The notes below the pieces were generated by a model. It did no database searches. It was given only the letters and a program-made list of their open reading frames with translations, and was not told the DNA's origin. Of a stretch of 64,000 nucleotides of DNA, positions 33,716 to 43,439 are shown in pieces (the first letter of the stretch is position 1; each line of letters opens with the position of its first letter). The translations under genes were made by a program, and so were the position numbers. Source of the DNA: a virus (Duplodnaviria > Caudoviricetes); the IMG/VR virus record IMGVR_UViG_2834368228_000004, positions 64,001-128,000 of that record; one strand, written 5' to 3'.

Positions 33716-35500
33716 ATGGAAGCATTAGAGTCAGTAGATCTATCAGAACAAGAAATGGATGAAGTGGAGAGGGAAATACGGAGTGATCCTATTAAGTGGG
33801 CTTATTGGAAATTAAAAGACCCTAAAGGGAATCCGTGGAAAGCTCGATGGTACCAAAAACTCATGATTAAAGACATCATGGATGGTGATAGACGTATTGC
33901 GGCAAGGATGGGCCGACGTGTTGGGAAAACAGAAACAATGGTTGTATTTTGTTTATGGTATGCCTTTCACAACAAGAATTCTCGTCTTTTAATCGTTACT
34001 CCTTACGAGCATCAGGTTCGATTAATATTTATGAGACTTGCAGAGTTAGTTCGTGATTGCGATGAAATGGCTGGTGTGAATATAACCAAAAATCCATTTA
34101 TCGCAGATTTCCCAAATGGAGCCAAAATCATGGGCTTTACAGGTGGAGCCAATTCTGGTTCCCAATCAGGCGCCAGCGTTCGTGGGCAACGAGCTGATTT
34201 TATCTTCATGGATGAAATCGATTATATGAGTAGAGATGGTATTGACGCTGTAACAGCTATTGCAATGGAAGATCCTAAGAGAATAGGAATCTGGGTATCT
34301 AGTACACCAACTGGTAAGCGTGATTTTTTCTATGAAGTTTGTACAAATCCAGATACTGGTTATAAAGCTTATCATTTTCCTTCCATGGTTAACCCTGACT
34401 TTGATGACTCGATGGAAGCAGAGCTTCGTTCAACTATGACAGCTCAAGGTTATATTCATGAGGTAGAAGCTGAATTTGGTGAAGAGACTGTTGGAGTATT
34501 TAATAAGGCAGCAGTAGAAAAGGCTAAGTCACAATACTTATATTCTTACAGAGAACTGAATTCTTATGAGAAAGAACAGTATAAGAAACAGGGTATTAAT
34601 TTAAAAGATATAACGTACTTCCCTGAATATACAAAAAAGAATCCTGCACCACCTGCACATAGAATTGTAGGGGTTGATTGGGATAAATACGGAACGGCCA
34701 CTCAAATCATCGTAAATGAGTTCGATGAAGTGATTAAAAAGTTTCGAGTGGCTAAAAGATATGAGATTCCTAGAGGAGAATTCACCTATGATAATGCCGT
34801 AAATAAAATTATAGAAGTTAATGATATTTGGAGCCCTAAGTTTATCTATATTGATGCGGGGCATGGGGAATATCAGTACGAAGCATTGAGAAAGCATGGG
34901 AAAAACAATCCTGAAACAGGTATGTTAACTAAAGTGAAACGTATCCACTTTTCCCAAAATATTGAGATACGAGATCCAGCAACAAATGAAGTTTATAAAA
35001 AAGATGCAAAAAACTTTATGGTAAATCAGACAAGTATTGTGGTTGAACGGAACCAATTAGTCCTTTCTCCTTTTGATGATATGGTATGGAAACAAATGAT
35101 GGATTATCAGGTAGTTCGTATATCGAAAACTGGTAAGCCAGAGTATACATCAGAAAATGAACATGCACTGGATGCACTGATGTTAACTATCTTGGGTTTC
35201 ACCATTGAGTTTCCTGACATAACGAAGATACTTGATAAATTTGAGCCAGCACGAAAAGCATTTCGTAAAGATGGTTTACAATCAAAATCAGTACAAGAAA
35301 AGGTTTATGGCACTGAAAGTAGTGTATTTCATCATAAGAGTAAGAAGCGAGAATTGGAGCCTAGAGATAATCCGAACTGGCGATTAGAGAAAGTGCCTTT
35401 AGGATATTCGAAAAAGAGGTCTAATTCACGTAAAGCAACATCTCTGGCTATTGGTAGGAGAGGTGGAAGCTTAGGATCCTTTAAGAGATCGAGAATTTAA
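33716..35500 (+). CDS. terL: Terminase large subunit
   Basis: WYQ, GRRVGKT, RGQRADFIFMDE, SSTPTG, GVDW, YIDAG, EHALDA. Confidence 0.92.
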   Translation: MEALESVDLSEQEMDEVEREIRSDPIKWAYWKLKDPKGNPWKARWYQKLMIKDIMDGDRRIAARMGRRVGKTETMVVFCLWYAFHNKNSRLLIVTPYEHQVRLIFMRLAELVRDCDEMAGVNITKNPFIADFPNGAKIMGFTGGANSGSQSGASVRGQRADFIFMDEIDYMSRDGIDAVTAIAMEDPKRIGIWVSSTPTGKRDFFYEVCTNPDTGYKAYHFPSMVNPDFDDSMEAELRSTMTAQGYIHEVEAEFGEETVGVFNKAAVEKAKSQYLYSYRELNSYEKEQYKKQGINLKDITYFPEYTKKNPAPPAHRIVGVDWDKYGTATQIIVNEFDEVIKKFRVAKRYEIPRGEFTYDNAVNKIIEVNDIWSPKFIYIDAGHGEYQYEALRKHGKNNPETGMLTKVKRIHFSQNIEIRDPATNEVYKKDAKNFMVNQTSIVVERNQLVLSPFDDMVWKQMMDYQVVRISKTGKPEYTSENEHALDALMLTILGFTIEFPDITKILDKFEPARKAFRKDGLQSKSVQEKVYGTESSVFHHKSKKRELEPRDNPNWRLEKVPLGYSKKRSNSRKATSLAIGRRGGSLGSFKRSRI

Positions 35501-35654
35501 GCGTATTGGAATATCTTAAATAATGCGTTGTTGTCCCCGCTATTTCTAGTGGGTGGAGGATAGAAACTCCCCTGTTTCATTTTTTTGCTTATTTCTCCCA
35601 AGGCGTAGTCTCTACTACGCCATACATAAATTTAAAAATAATGAGGTTAATAAA

Positions 35655-36890
35655 ATGGAGAATCATCAAAGATGGTATGGGAATAAAGGTATTGATACCC
35701 CATACGAAAGATCACTTATATATTATCGGCCCAATTTAGTTTTTCCAGAGAAAGAATCTAGTCATCCAATGACACTAGACGTAATCAGGCAAATTAGCCG
35801 ATCTCAAGATTTTATGATGACTTCTGCAATATTAGATTATCGTGCATTGGCTGAAAGGATACAGGAACTGCTAAATATGATTTTTGGCAGGGCAGAAAGT
35901 TCTTCATTTAGTGAATATTTAGAGCTGCTGAACGAGAACAAACTAACTGAAGTCATTGAATTTGAAAATAGCCATAATGGATATGATGGCACACTAGATT
36001 ATGAATTATATACAATGCTATATCTAATGAAGAAGTCAGTCGAAGAGCAAGCAGATTTTCTTGATGAAAACTATCGTACACAATACACAGATAAAACAGA
36101 AGATGAGCAAATGATAGAAGCAGAAGGAGAATCAATTAATAACTGGATTCGTACTGAGTATGATTTGTCAGCATTATATGATGAAGTAAGTCATGGAGCG
36201 GATTATGATCCTATCATTCAGGCAGAGATTGATGCATTAGAGAAGAAACGAAGAGACTTAGATCAATTGCATACAACAATTGCAGATTCAGCATACACAC
36301 ATCGGAATCGCTATCTAAACTTAGATGAGATTGTAGACAAAGCAGACATTCTTATTAATCAGCCACAACAGTTTATTGATGGCAATGTGGAGTTGTTGAT
36401 GAATCAATTAGCAAATGCAAACAATCTGCCAGATTTTCGCTCTCATTTAATTCTTAGTTTTAAAGAATATAAGCAAAAACATAATCTTATGAAAAACCAA
36501 TATATGATGATTGATGTACAGAAAGAAATATATGCTTCTGAAAGAAGTTATACTTACCAGCAAATTATGACCAAAACCAATGACAATATAAAAAATTGGT
36601 TATATGAGCAGCCGGAGGATACTGGGAAATCTTTTGACCTATTTGCTAATATCATGGTCGAATCTATCAAACAAACAAAGGAAGTATATGAAAATACGCT
36701 TGCAGATTTGATGAGTTTTTATCGACAAGAAGCAGTTTTTTATGGTCGCCAAATAACGCTTATCCAGAAAAAAGAGGAAATTAGACATTTTATTAGGATA
36801 ATTGAGGATTTAGAAGATGTGGTTAGACCATCCGAGGAATGGATTAAGGAGTACGTTCAGAACAAAGGATATGTGACTAGACAGACTTAG
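35655..36890 (+). CDS. Helical hypothetical protein
   Basis: ATG 35655 after GAGG; between terL and portal. Confidence 0.65.
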   Translation: MENHQRWYGNKGIDTPYERSLIYYRPNLVFPEKESSHPMTLDVIRQISRSQDFMMTSAILDYRALAERIQELLNMIFGRAESSSFSEYLELLNENKLTEVIEFENSHNGYDGTLDYELYTMLYLMKKSVEEQADFLDENYRTQYTDKTEDEQMIEAEGESINNWIRTEYDLSALYDEVSHGADYDPIIQAEIDALEKKRRDLDQLHTTIADSAYTHRNRYLNLDEIVDKADILINQPQQFIDGNVELLMNQLANANNLPDFRSHLILSFKEYKQKHNLMKNQYMMIDVQKEIYASERSYTYQQIMTKTNDNIKNWLYEQPEDTGKSFDLFANIMVESIKQTKEVYENTLADLMSFYRQEAVFYGRQITLIQKKEEIRHFIRIIEDLEDVVRPSEEWIKEYVQNKGYVTRQT

Positions 36891-36977
36891 CTAATTGTAA
36901 TGCATTTCATGTATAATGGTTTATGAAGAATTAACTTACACACCTATCTAGAGGTATGAGGAAGAGGAGGGACATTA

Positions 36978-39110
36978 TTGTCAAGACTGGTTTATAGTTT
37001 TATAAACAAACTGATTAGTAATGCGTCAGCTCCTTCCGCTCCATCTGGATCAACAAGAGGTGCTATTAATAGAGATCCAAAAGCTGTAAAAGCCAAGAGA
37101 GTCGGTTATCAAATAAGCAATGGCTCTGCTGGTGAAGCAGAAGAAATAGATATTGACTTAGAAGCGATTTCTCAGGCAATAAGGACAGATTCATATCTAA
37201 CACAAGGTGTTCTAACCTATCAGGAACTAATATTTAAATCAGGATGGACGCTACAGTCTAAAAATGAACAAGTATTAGATTATCTGAAGTTTCGATTAGA
37301 GATGATGCAAGTCGCTACAGGAATCAGTTTAGAGCAATTATTCGAGGGAATAGCAAGAGATATTGTTTGGTCAAGCAACTGCTTCATTGTTAAAGCAAGA
37401 GCTAGAAACGGTATTGGATTGCCACCTGGAGTAAGCTTAACTCCTGTTCTACCTTCAAAAGAACCGGTTGTTGGATATTTCTTATTACCTCCCCAAACAA
37501 TAAGTATAACGAGAGACGAAAATGGCACTGTAACTGGTTATACGCAAGAAGTTGAAGGTGGAGGCGATGCCATTGAATTTAAACCAGAAGATATAATTCA
37601 CATCAAAACAAATGTAAGGTCAGGTGCAGCATTTGGTGATCCTTGGATTGCCCCTGTTATAGAAGATATTCGTCTACTTCGTAAAATTGAAGAGAACATT
37701 TCCCTTCTTCTTTATAAACATATCTTCCCTGTATTGAAATATAAAATAGGAAATGACGAGCCAGGTCAAGAAGCTACTGATGAGGAAATAGAAGACGTTC
37801 AAGCTATGATTAATGGTATGGATAATGACAGTCTGTTTATAATGCCAAACCGACATGATGTTGACGCTCTAAATATCAATGCAATTGATGGAAAACCTTA
37901 CTTAGATTATTTTGAAAACCGTGTATTTTCGGGAATGGGATTGTCTCAAGTTGATTTCGGTAGAGGGGATACAGCTAACAGAAACACTGCAGATGCAATG
38001 ACAGGGAAGAAAGCGGACCGCATCAAAGGATGGCAACAAAGTCTCCAGTCTGCAATCGATTCTCTGATCATTGATGAATTATTAATTGAAGGTGGATTTG
38101 ATCCACTAGTGAATCCAGAATTTGATGTAGATTTTGTCTTCAATGAAATTGAGCAAGAACGATTGATAGCAAAAGAAAATCATGAGATTCACAAATTTAA
38201 TAGCAATCTTCAATCTTTTGAAGAGACACGAGCAGCGATTGGAAAAGATCCAACTGTTGATGAGTCCAGACTTCACTTTAATATGTTTGGAAACACAGCA
38301 AATGAAGCAGCTCAAGCAGCTACAGAGAATAAAAGTCAACCAGAGAACCAAAACGGAAAACGTGATGGTCCTAAAAGGCAGACAGAAAGTGAAAAGCATT
38401 ACAGTTTAGATGAATCAGATGAGCAAACACCTTTTCAATCTCTCTTAGAGAAAAATATTAAGCAGTCAGCTGACACATTAAGTCAGATATACGAGGATAT
38501 GAAGAAAAGCGTACTATATCAGATTGAAAGAAGAGAAAGTCGCAACACCTTCCCAATGAATATTAAATCAGGTATGATTCGATTCAATCAATTGGAGCAA
38601 GATCGTTTATCTAAGACTATGGAAAGTCATGCTAAAGAGATGCTTATGAGTGGAATCCTATCCGCACATGAATCTGTCAGCTCTTATAAACAGGTGAAAA
38701 TGTCAGTTGCACATGGTACAATTAGGACCTTTATCACTGAGAATAATAAGAGTTTAGAAGAAAGATTAAAAAAGGTAATCGATTCTCGTTTAAAGACGAT
38801 TACTTCCGAAAAAGAAGTAGGGTTAGCAATTCACTCTGTTTTTAAATCTCTTCAACATCAAATGATTTCAAGCGTAAAGAGTGCTTATGTGAAAAGCTAC
38901 AACTATGGTTACGCATTAGGTTTACTCAGTGCTGATGAGTCTTATGCTTCTGTTTATTATGAAGGTGAATGTAAATCTTGTTTATCACGCTCTAAAGAAA
39001 TTATAAACTTAAAACAATTTTCATCTTTAGATGAGATTGCTATATTTTATCGGATACCATCTTGGCATCCAAATTGCGAATGCGAATTGAAAAATGTTAA
39101 AGGAGGTTAG
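36978..39110 (+). CDS. Portal protein with C-terminal MuF-like head morphogenesis domain
   Basis: EFKPEDIIHIK, FGDPWIAPV, YLDYFENRVFSGMG; C-terminal CKSC...PSWHPNCEC. Confidence 0.8.
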   Translation: MSRLVYSFINKLISNASAPSAPSGSTRGAINRDPKAVKAKRVGYQISNGSAGEAEEIDIDLEAISQAIRTDSYLTQGVLTYQELIFKSGWTLQSKNEQVLDYLKFRLEMMQVATGISLEQLFEGIARDIVWSSNCFIVKARARNGIGLPPGVSLTPVLPSKEPVVGYFLLPPQTISITRDENGTVTGYTQEVEGGGDAIEFKPEDIIHIKTNVRSGAAFGDPWIAPVIEDIRLLRKIEENISLLLYKHIFPVLKYKIGNDEPGQEATDEEIEDVQAMINGMDNDSLFIMPNRHDVDALNINAIDGKPYLDYFENRVFSGMGLSQVDFGRGDTANRNTADAMTGKKADRIKGWQQSLQSAIDSLIIDELLIEGGFDPLVNPEFDVDFVFNEIEQERLIAKENHEIHKFNSNLQSFEETRAAIGKDPTVDESRLHFNMFGNTANEAAQAATENKSQPENQNGKRDGPKRQTESEKHYSLDESDEQTPFQSLLEKNIKQSADTLSQIYEDMKKSVLYQIERRESRNTFPMNIKSGMIRFNQLEQDRLSKTMESHAKEMLMSGILSAHESVSSYKQVKMSVAHGTIRTFITENNKSLEERLKKVIDSRLKTITSEKEVGLAIHSVFKSLQHQMISSVKSAYVKSYNYGYALGLLSADESYASVYYEGECKSCLSRSKEIINLKQFSSLDEIAIFYRIPSWHPNCECELKNVKGG

Positions 39111-39117
39111 GTATGAA

Positions 39118-40563
39118 ATGCTTTACACATTAGAAGAGCACACTGCAAAGAAACTAGTTAGTGCTGCTCAGTTGAATGAAACTGCATCTATTGCTGCAAA
39201 GATCAGTGAGGAGAATGTGAAAGTCCTTCAGGAGTCAGCCAGTAATAAGAAGAAACGTAAGCTTATCGTTAAGATGGAAGCTATTCATACAGGTAGAACT
39301 AAAAACTTTACTTATTATACAGAAGAAGGATTAAAAGGCGGTTTAAAGTCTTGGACTACACCTTATAATAAGCCAGTTCTAACCCATCACAACTCTTATA
39401 ATGGAGAAGCTATTGGTCGAATTCTTAGTGCTGAATATAGTGACAGCACACTTTCTGGTAAAGGTGGATTAGTGTTTACTGTAGAAATTACAGATCCAAC
39501 TGCAATTGAGAAGGTTTTAGATGGACGATACCATACAGTATCTATTGGAGCATCAACAGATAAAGTTACATGTAATATCTGTGGAACAGATCGATCTCAA
39601 GAGTGGTGTGAACACTACCCAGGAAAGCAGTATGATGAACAGCAATGTCACTTTATTGTTGGAAACACCTATGGGAGAGAGGTTAGTTATGTAAATACTC
39701 CTGCTGATGAAAATGCTGGAAACCGCTCTGTAGAAGTCATCGATGAAAGTCAATCTAGCAGCACAAACGAGCATCAAAACTTAAAAATCTATCAAATGGC
39801 AGAGGGATTATATCAGGATGCAGATAATCCAGAAGTGAATCTATACGAACATTTAAGTGATGATGTTAAAGAAATGCTCAACTCTATGGCCGAAGCTAAA
39901 GAGGAGAAAAAAGATGACTTGGAAGATAAGGATAAAGAACTAAAAGACAAGGAAAAAGACAAGGTAGAAGAAAAGGACAAAGAGCCAGAAAAGGACAAAG
40001 AGCCAGAAAATCTAGAGGATCCAAAAGAACCTAAAGTTACTGAAAAAGATAAGGTTCCAAATGGAACAGAAGAAAAGGTCACTGAAAATCCTACTGCCCA
40101 AGTCGAAGAAGAATTAGATTCTGTAAAGCTTAATGAAAAAGTCATAAAGTTGCAAGCATCATTATCAGATCTACTTTTAAAAAATCAAAGGCTAGAAAAT
40201 AAACTAAGCACTGTTGAATCAGAAAATCAAGATCTACTGCTTGAAAAGTCAAAGCTTCTAGAAGATAAGCATTTACATTTAGCTGAAAAAGTTGTTGATT
40301 TAAAAATAAATCTTCGCAAAACAGATGTTATTGGAAAAGAGTATGACGAAGCAGTTTCTGAGCACACAAAACGCTCTGTTGATTCACTCAATGATTCATT
40401 AGTAGATTTATTAGCAGAATCTAAGTCACGCAAAACAATGGAACCAGGAGTTGTAAAAAATCCTGGGTTAAGTGAAGCGGATAAAGATGCAAAGCAAAAA
40501 GAGAAATTCAGTCTTGATGAAGGCGTAGAAGGCTTCTTGAAATTGTTAAGAAATAAAAAATAA
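39118..40563 (+). CDS. Prohead protease with acidic/coiled-coil scaffold region
   Basis: PVLTHHN, AIGR, DGRYHTVSIG, CNICG, CEH, EVSYVNTPAD; KDKEPE repeats. Confidence 0.85.
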   Translation: MLYTLEEHTAKKLVSAAQLNETASIAAKISEENVKVLQESASNKKKRKLIVKMEAIHTGRTKNFTYYTEEGLKGGLKSWTTPYNKPVLTHHNSYNGEAIGRILSAEYSDSTLSGKGGLVFTVEITDPTAIEKVLDGRYHTVSIGASTDKVTCNICGTDRSQEWCEHYPGKQYDEQQCHFIVGNTYGREVSYVNTPADENAGNRSVEVIDESQSSSTNEHQNLKIYQMAEGLYQDADNPEVNLYEHLSDDVKEMLNSMAEAKEEKKDDLEDKDKELKDKEKDKVEEKDKEPEKDKEPENLEDPKEPKVTEKDKVPNGTEEKVTENPTAQVEEELDSVKLNEKVIKLQASLSDLLLKNQRLENKLSTVESENQDLLLEKSKLLEDKHLHLAEKVVDLKINLRKTDVIGKEYDEAVSEHTKRSVDSLNDSLVDLLAESKSRKTMEPGVVKNPGLSEADKDAKQKEKFSLDEGVEGFLKLLRNKK

Positions 40564-40583
40564 GAAATAGGAGTTGAAATGAA

Positions 40584-41798
40584 ATGGCATTATTTGAAGG
40601 TATGAAGCCTGTAGAGGGCACAGCAGATCAATATGTTCGTTCTAATACGAAGTTGCAAGTGAGTACACACGATTCACCAGGTGAGAAGTTTTTGGTAGAC
40701 CCTCGTTTAAAACGATTGTTTCAATATCATTTCGGTGGTAATGGATGGGTAGTAATTCCAAAAGGTCGTATTGTAGCTCCATCTACAGATAATAATGGTG
40801 GAATTAAAAATGGTAATATTAAGGACTTTGATGGTAATGTATTTCGTCCAGTTCTTACTTTAGCAAACGGCGGTAAAGATGTCGTAGAGATTGGAAAAAC
40901 CGGTAAGGAACATACACGTGAAGCTAATACTCCAATTGGTGTATCTTATGCAAACATTTATGAAGAGTTTGTAGATGGATTTAATGGCATGCAGCCAACT
41001 ATTGAGAACGAAATTTACATTGAGTTACCTTACATTCCTAGTAGATCAGATGCTGAAGCAGTTGAGTGGGGAAGCCTTTATGACGCAGATCCAACAAAGC
41101 GAATCAAAAATGGCGATTACGTTATCTCTGATGAAAATGGTCGATTTATTAAAGCGGATTTTGAAACACAACGTGAAATTCTAAAAAATACAAATGCTTC
41201 TGCAGATGATAAATTCGCAGCACTTGCAGAGATTGCTAGATTACAAGAGCAAGTTCTTGGTCAAGTTTGGACAGTTGAAACAAATCTTCCACCACAGGGT
41301 TGGTTAGGAATGCTTGGATGGACTGATGAGCAACGTGCTCAGGACTGGAATCCAAATGGAATGACTGCAGATGATATTGATGATGAGTTCCCAGGTTATC
41401 CTTATGAAAGAACATATGCAAACACTGATGTTAAATCAAACAGATACTATCCTCAAGGAATCCCAGGATTAACAAATGGATCAAATCTTGAAATGCCTTT
41501 TGAAGACATTTTAATTGGTGAGATTAACCCAGGTCAAAAAGGTCGTCATGATTTCCGAATCCAACAAACTCCAGTAGTAGCAGGGTCACTTGTAGTGAAG
41601 ATTGATGGACAAGTAGTTGAACCAGACTATATTGATTATAAATCTGGCCTAGTTACATTAGTCGTTGAAACAAATGAAGGTGCAGCACCTCAAAAAGTGA
41701 CAGCTACATTTAAAGCAACTGGACAAACACCTGGTGTACCAACTGGATGGGACTTTAAAGGCGCTCAAGGAGCAGTTCGTATTTTACTTCAAAAATAA
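40584..41798 (+). CDS. Capsid-associated (decoration/cement) protein
   Basis: Between protease and major capsid gene; VVIPKGRIV, LTLANGG, GIPGLTNG. Confidence 0.6.
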   Translation: MALFEGMKPVEGTADQYVRSNTKLQVSTHDSPGEKFLVDPRLKRLFQYHFGGNGWVVIPKGRIVAPSTDNNGGIKNGNIKDFDGNVFRPVLTLANGGKDVVEIGKTGKEHTREANTPIGVSYANIYEEFVDGFNGMQPTIENEIYIELPYIPSRSDAEAVEWGSLYDADPTKRIKNGDYVISDENGRFIKADFETQREILKNTNASADDKFAALAEIARLQEQVLGQVWTVETNLPPQGWLGMLGWTDEQRAQDWNPNGMTADDIDDEFPGYPYERTYANTDVKSNRYYPQGIPGLTNGSNLEMPFEDILIGEINPGQKGRHDFRIQQTPVVAGSLVVKIDGQVVEPDYIDYKSGLVTLVVETNEGAAPQKVTATFKATGQTPGVPTGWDFKGAQGAVRILLQK

Positions 41799-41839
41799 CA
41801 ATGAATTAATGAATTGATAGACATAAGGAGGAACACGTA

Positions 41840-42925
41840 ATGATTAATACAGACACGCTTGAATTAAGTGAATCGTCTCAAGATATTTTAAAACGCATGA
41901 CTCGTCAATTGAGTCTGGATGAGGATTGGAACCAGATTCCAAAATCAGAGCTTGTTACTGTGAAAGAAGCTTTAAATACACAAGATGCAAAAATATTAAT
42001 GCCACGTGTAATTTCTGGAATGATGAGAGAAGCGGCTGAGCCCAACTACATCGCAGCTGATTTTCTTCAAAAAGTTAGATTAACAGAGGGACGTTCAATT
42101 GAATTCCCATCTATGAGTGCATTAAGAGCTTTTGATATTGGAGAAACACAAGCGTATCCAGAAGACACTCCTAACTTCCAACTACACCGAAATCAAGAGG
42201 TTAAGGTTGGTAAGTCGGGGATGATCGTACGAATTTCTGATGAAATGATTACAGACTCTCAATGGGATGTAATTGGAATCTTGCTACGTCAAGCTGGATC
42301 AGCTATGGCTAGATTGAAAGAGGAAAAAGCATTTAGACAATTCTCTGCACACGGACATACAGTGTTTAATAACGAAATTCGTGAAAAGCACAAGGAAGCT
42401 GGTACGACTGGTATGGATATCGAAGGGAATTACAATAATACCATGTCTACAGAAGACTTAATCGACATGTTTATTGGTGTAATGGCTAATGGTTTCAACC
42501 CAACAGACATTATTATGCATCCACTAGCATGGTCTATGTTCTTTAAGAACGATATTATCAATAGTTTGACACATGCAGCACTTGGTGGATCTCAGATTAC
42601 AAATCTAAAGATTAATCCAGATCAAGTTCAAGGACGTATTCCTTTCGCAATTAACTTGAACTTTACACCATTTGCACCATTTAATCATGATGCGAAGATG
42701 TTCGACATGTATGTGATTGATCGAAATCATGTAGGGATTTTACTTGAAAAAGATCCGCTATCTACAGAGCAATTTGATGACCCTGAACGTGATATTCAAT
42801 CAATTAAAGTGAAAGAACGTTATGGTATTGGAATCTTAAATCAAGGTAAAGCGGTAGCCGCAGCTCGAAACATTGCATTCGATAAATCTTACCCTGCACC
42901 AGAACGTATTAAAGTTGTATCTTAA
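41840..42925 (+). CDS. Major capsid protein (HK97 fold)
   Basis: LMPRVIS..MREAAEP, IGETQAYP, VGKSG...ISDEMITDSQWDV, ARLKE, KERYGIG; followed by terminator. Confidence 0.88.
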   Translation: MINTDTLELSESSQDILKRMTRQLSLDEDWNQIPKSELVTVKEALNTQDAKILMPRVISGMMREAAEPNYIAADFLQKVRLTEGRSIEFPSMSALRAFDIGETQAYPEDTPNFQLHRNQEVKVGKSGMIVRISDEMITDSQWDVIGILLRQAGSAMARLKEEKAFRQFSAHGHTVFNNEIREKHKEAGTTGMDIEGNYNNTMSTEDLIDMFIGVMANGFNPTDIIMHPLAWSMFFKNDIINSLTHAALGGSQITNLKINPDQVQGRIPFAINLNFTPFAPFNHDAKMFDMYVIDRNHVGILLEKDPLSTEQFDDPERDIQSIKVKERYGIGILNQGKAVAAARNIAFDKSYPAPERIKVVS

Positions 42926-42940
42926 TAAAAATAAATGACC

Positions 42941-42976
42941 GAAAGGGCGAGCGATAATGGTTGCTCGCCCTTTTTC
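42941..42976 (+). terminator. Intrinsic terminator after the capsid gene
   Basis: AAAGGGCGAGC/GCTCGCCCTTTTT. Confidence 0.8.
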
Positions 42977-42991
42977 ATAGGAGGAAAAGCA

Positions 42992-43387
42992 ATGCCTAAA
43001 TTAGTAGTAGGTTTATCAGGGAACACAAATAGCTATTATGATGCAAAAACAAACACATATATTACAAAGTTAAATCCAGTTCGTGAAATAACATATGGTC
43101 CAAATACAAACTTGTCAGGAATTTGCCATGCTGTAAATTCTCATATTCCAGCGCTAAATTTATATGAAGGTAAATTTCCTAAGAAAACATTAGATGCTTG
43201 GAAAGCTAAATATGGACTTGTAGGGAAGCAAGCTTTGAATAGGGCTGATGTGAATCAAGATAAGAGCAAGGATACTGATCCAGAGGAGCCAGAAGTTATT
43301 GAACCTCCAGTAGATGACCATGAAGAGCCTGAAGAACCAGAGGTTCCTGAAGATCCAGATGCAGAAGATCCTGAAGCAGGTGCTTAA
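42992..43387 (+). CDS. Virion-associated protein with acidic Pro/Glu tail
   Basis: ATG 42992 after AGGAGG; PEEPE repeats. Confidence 0.6.
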   Translation: MPKLVVGLSGNTNSYYDAKTNTYITKLNPVREITYGPNTNLSGICHAVNSHIPALNLYEGKFPKKTLDAWKAKYGLVGKQALNRADVNQDKSKDTDPEEPEVIEPPVDDHEEPEEPEVPEDPDAEDPEAGA

Positions 43388-43439
43388 TCATTCTTAATAT
43401 TTAGGTGGCACATAAAACAAAAGTAAGGGGGTGAGATGT

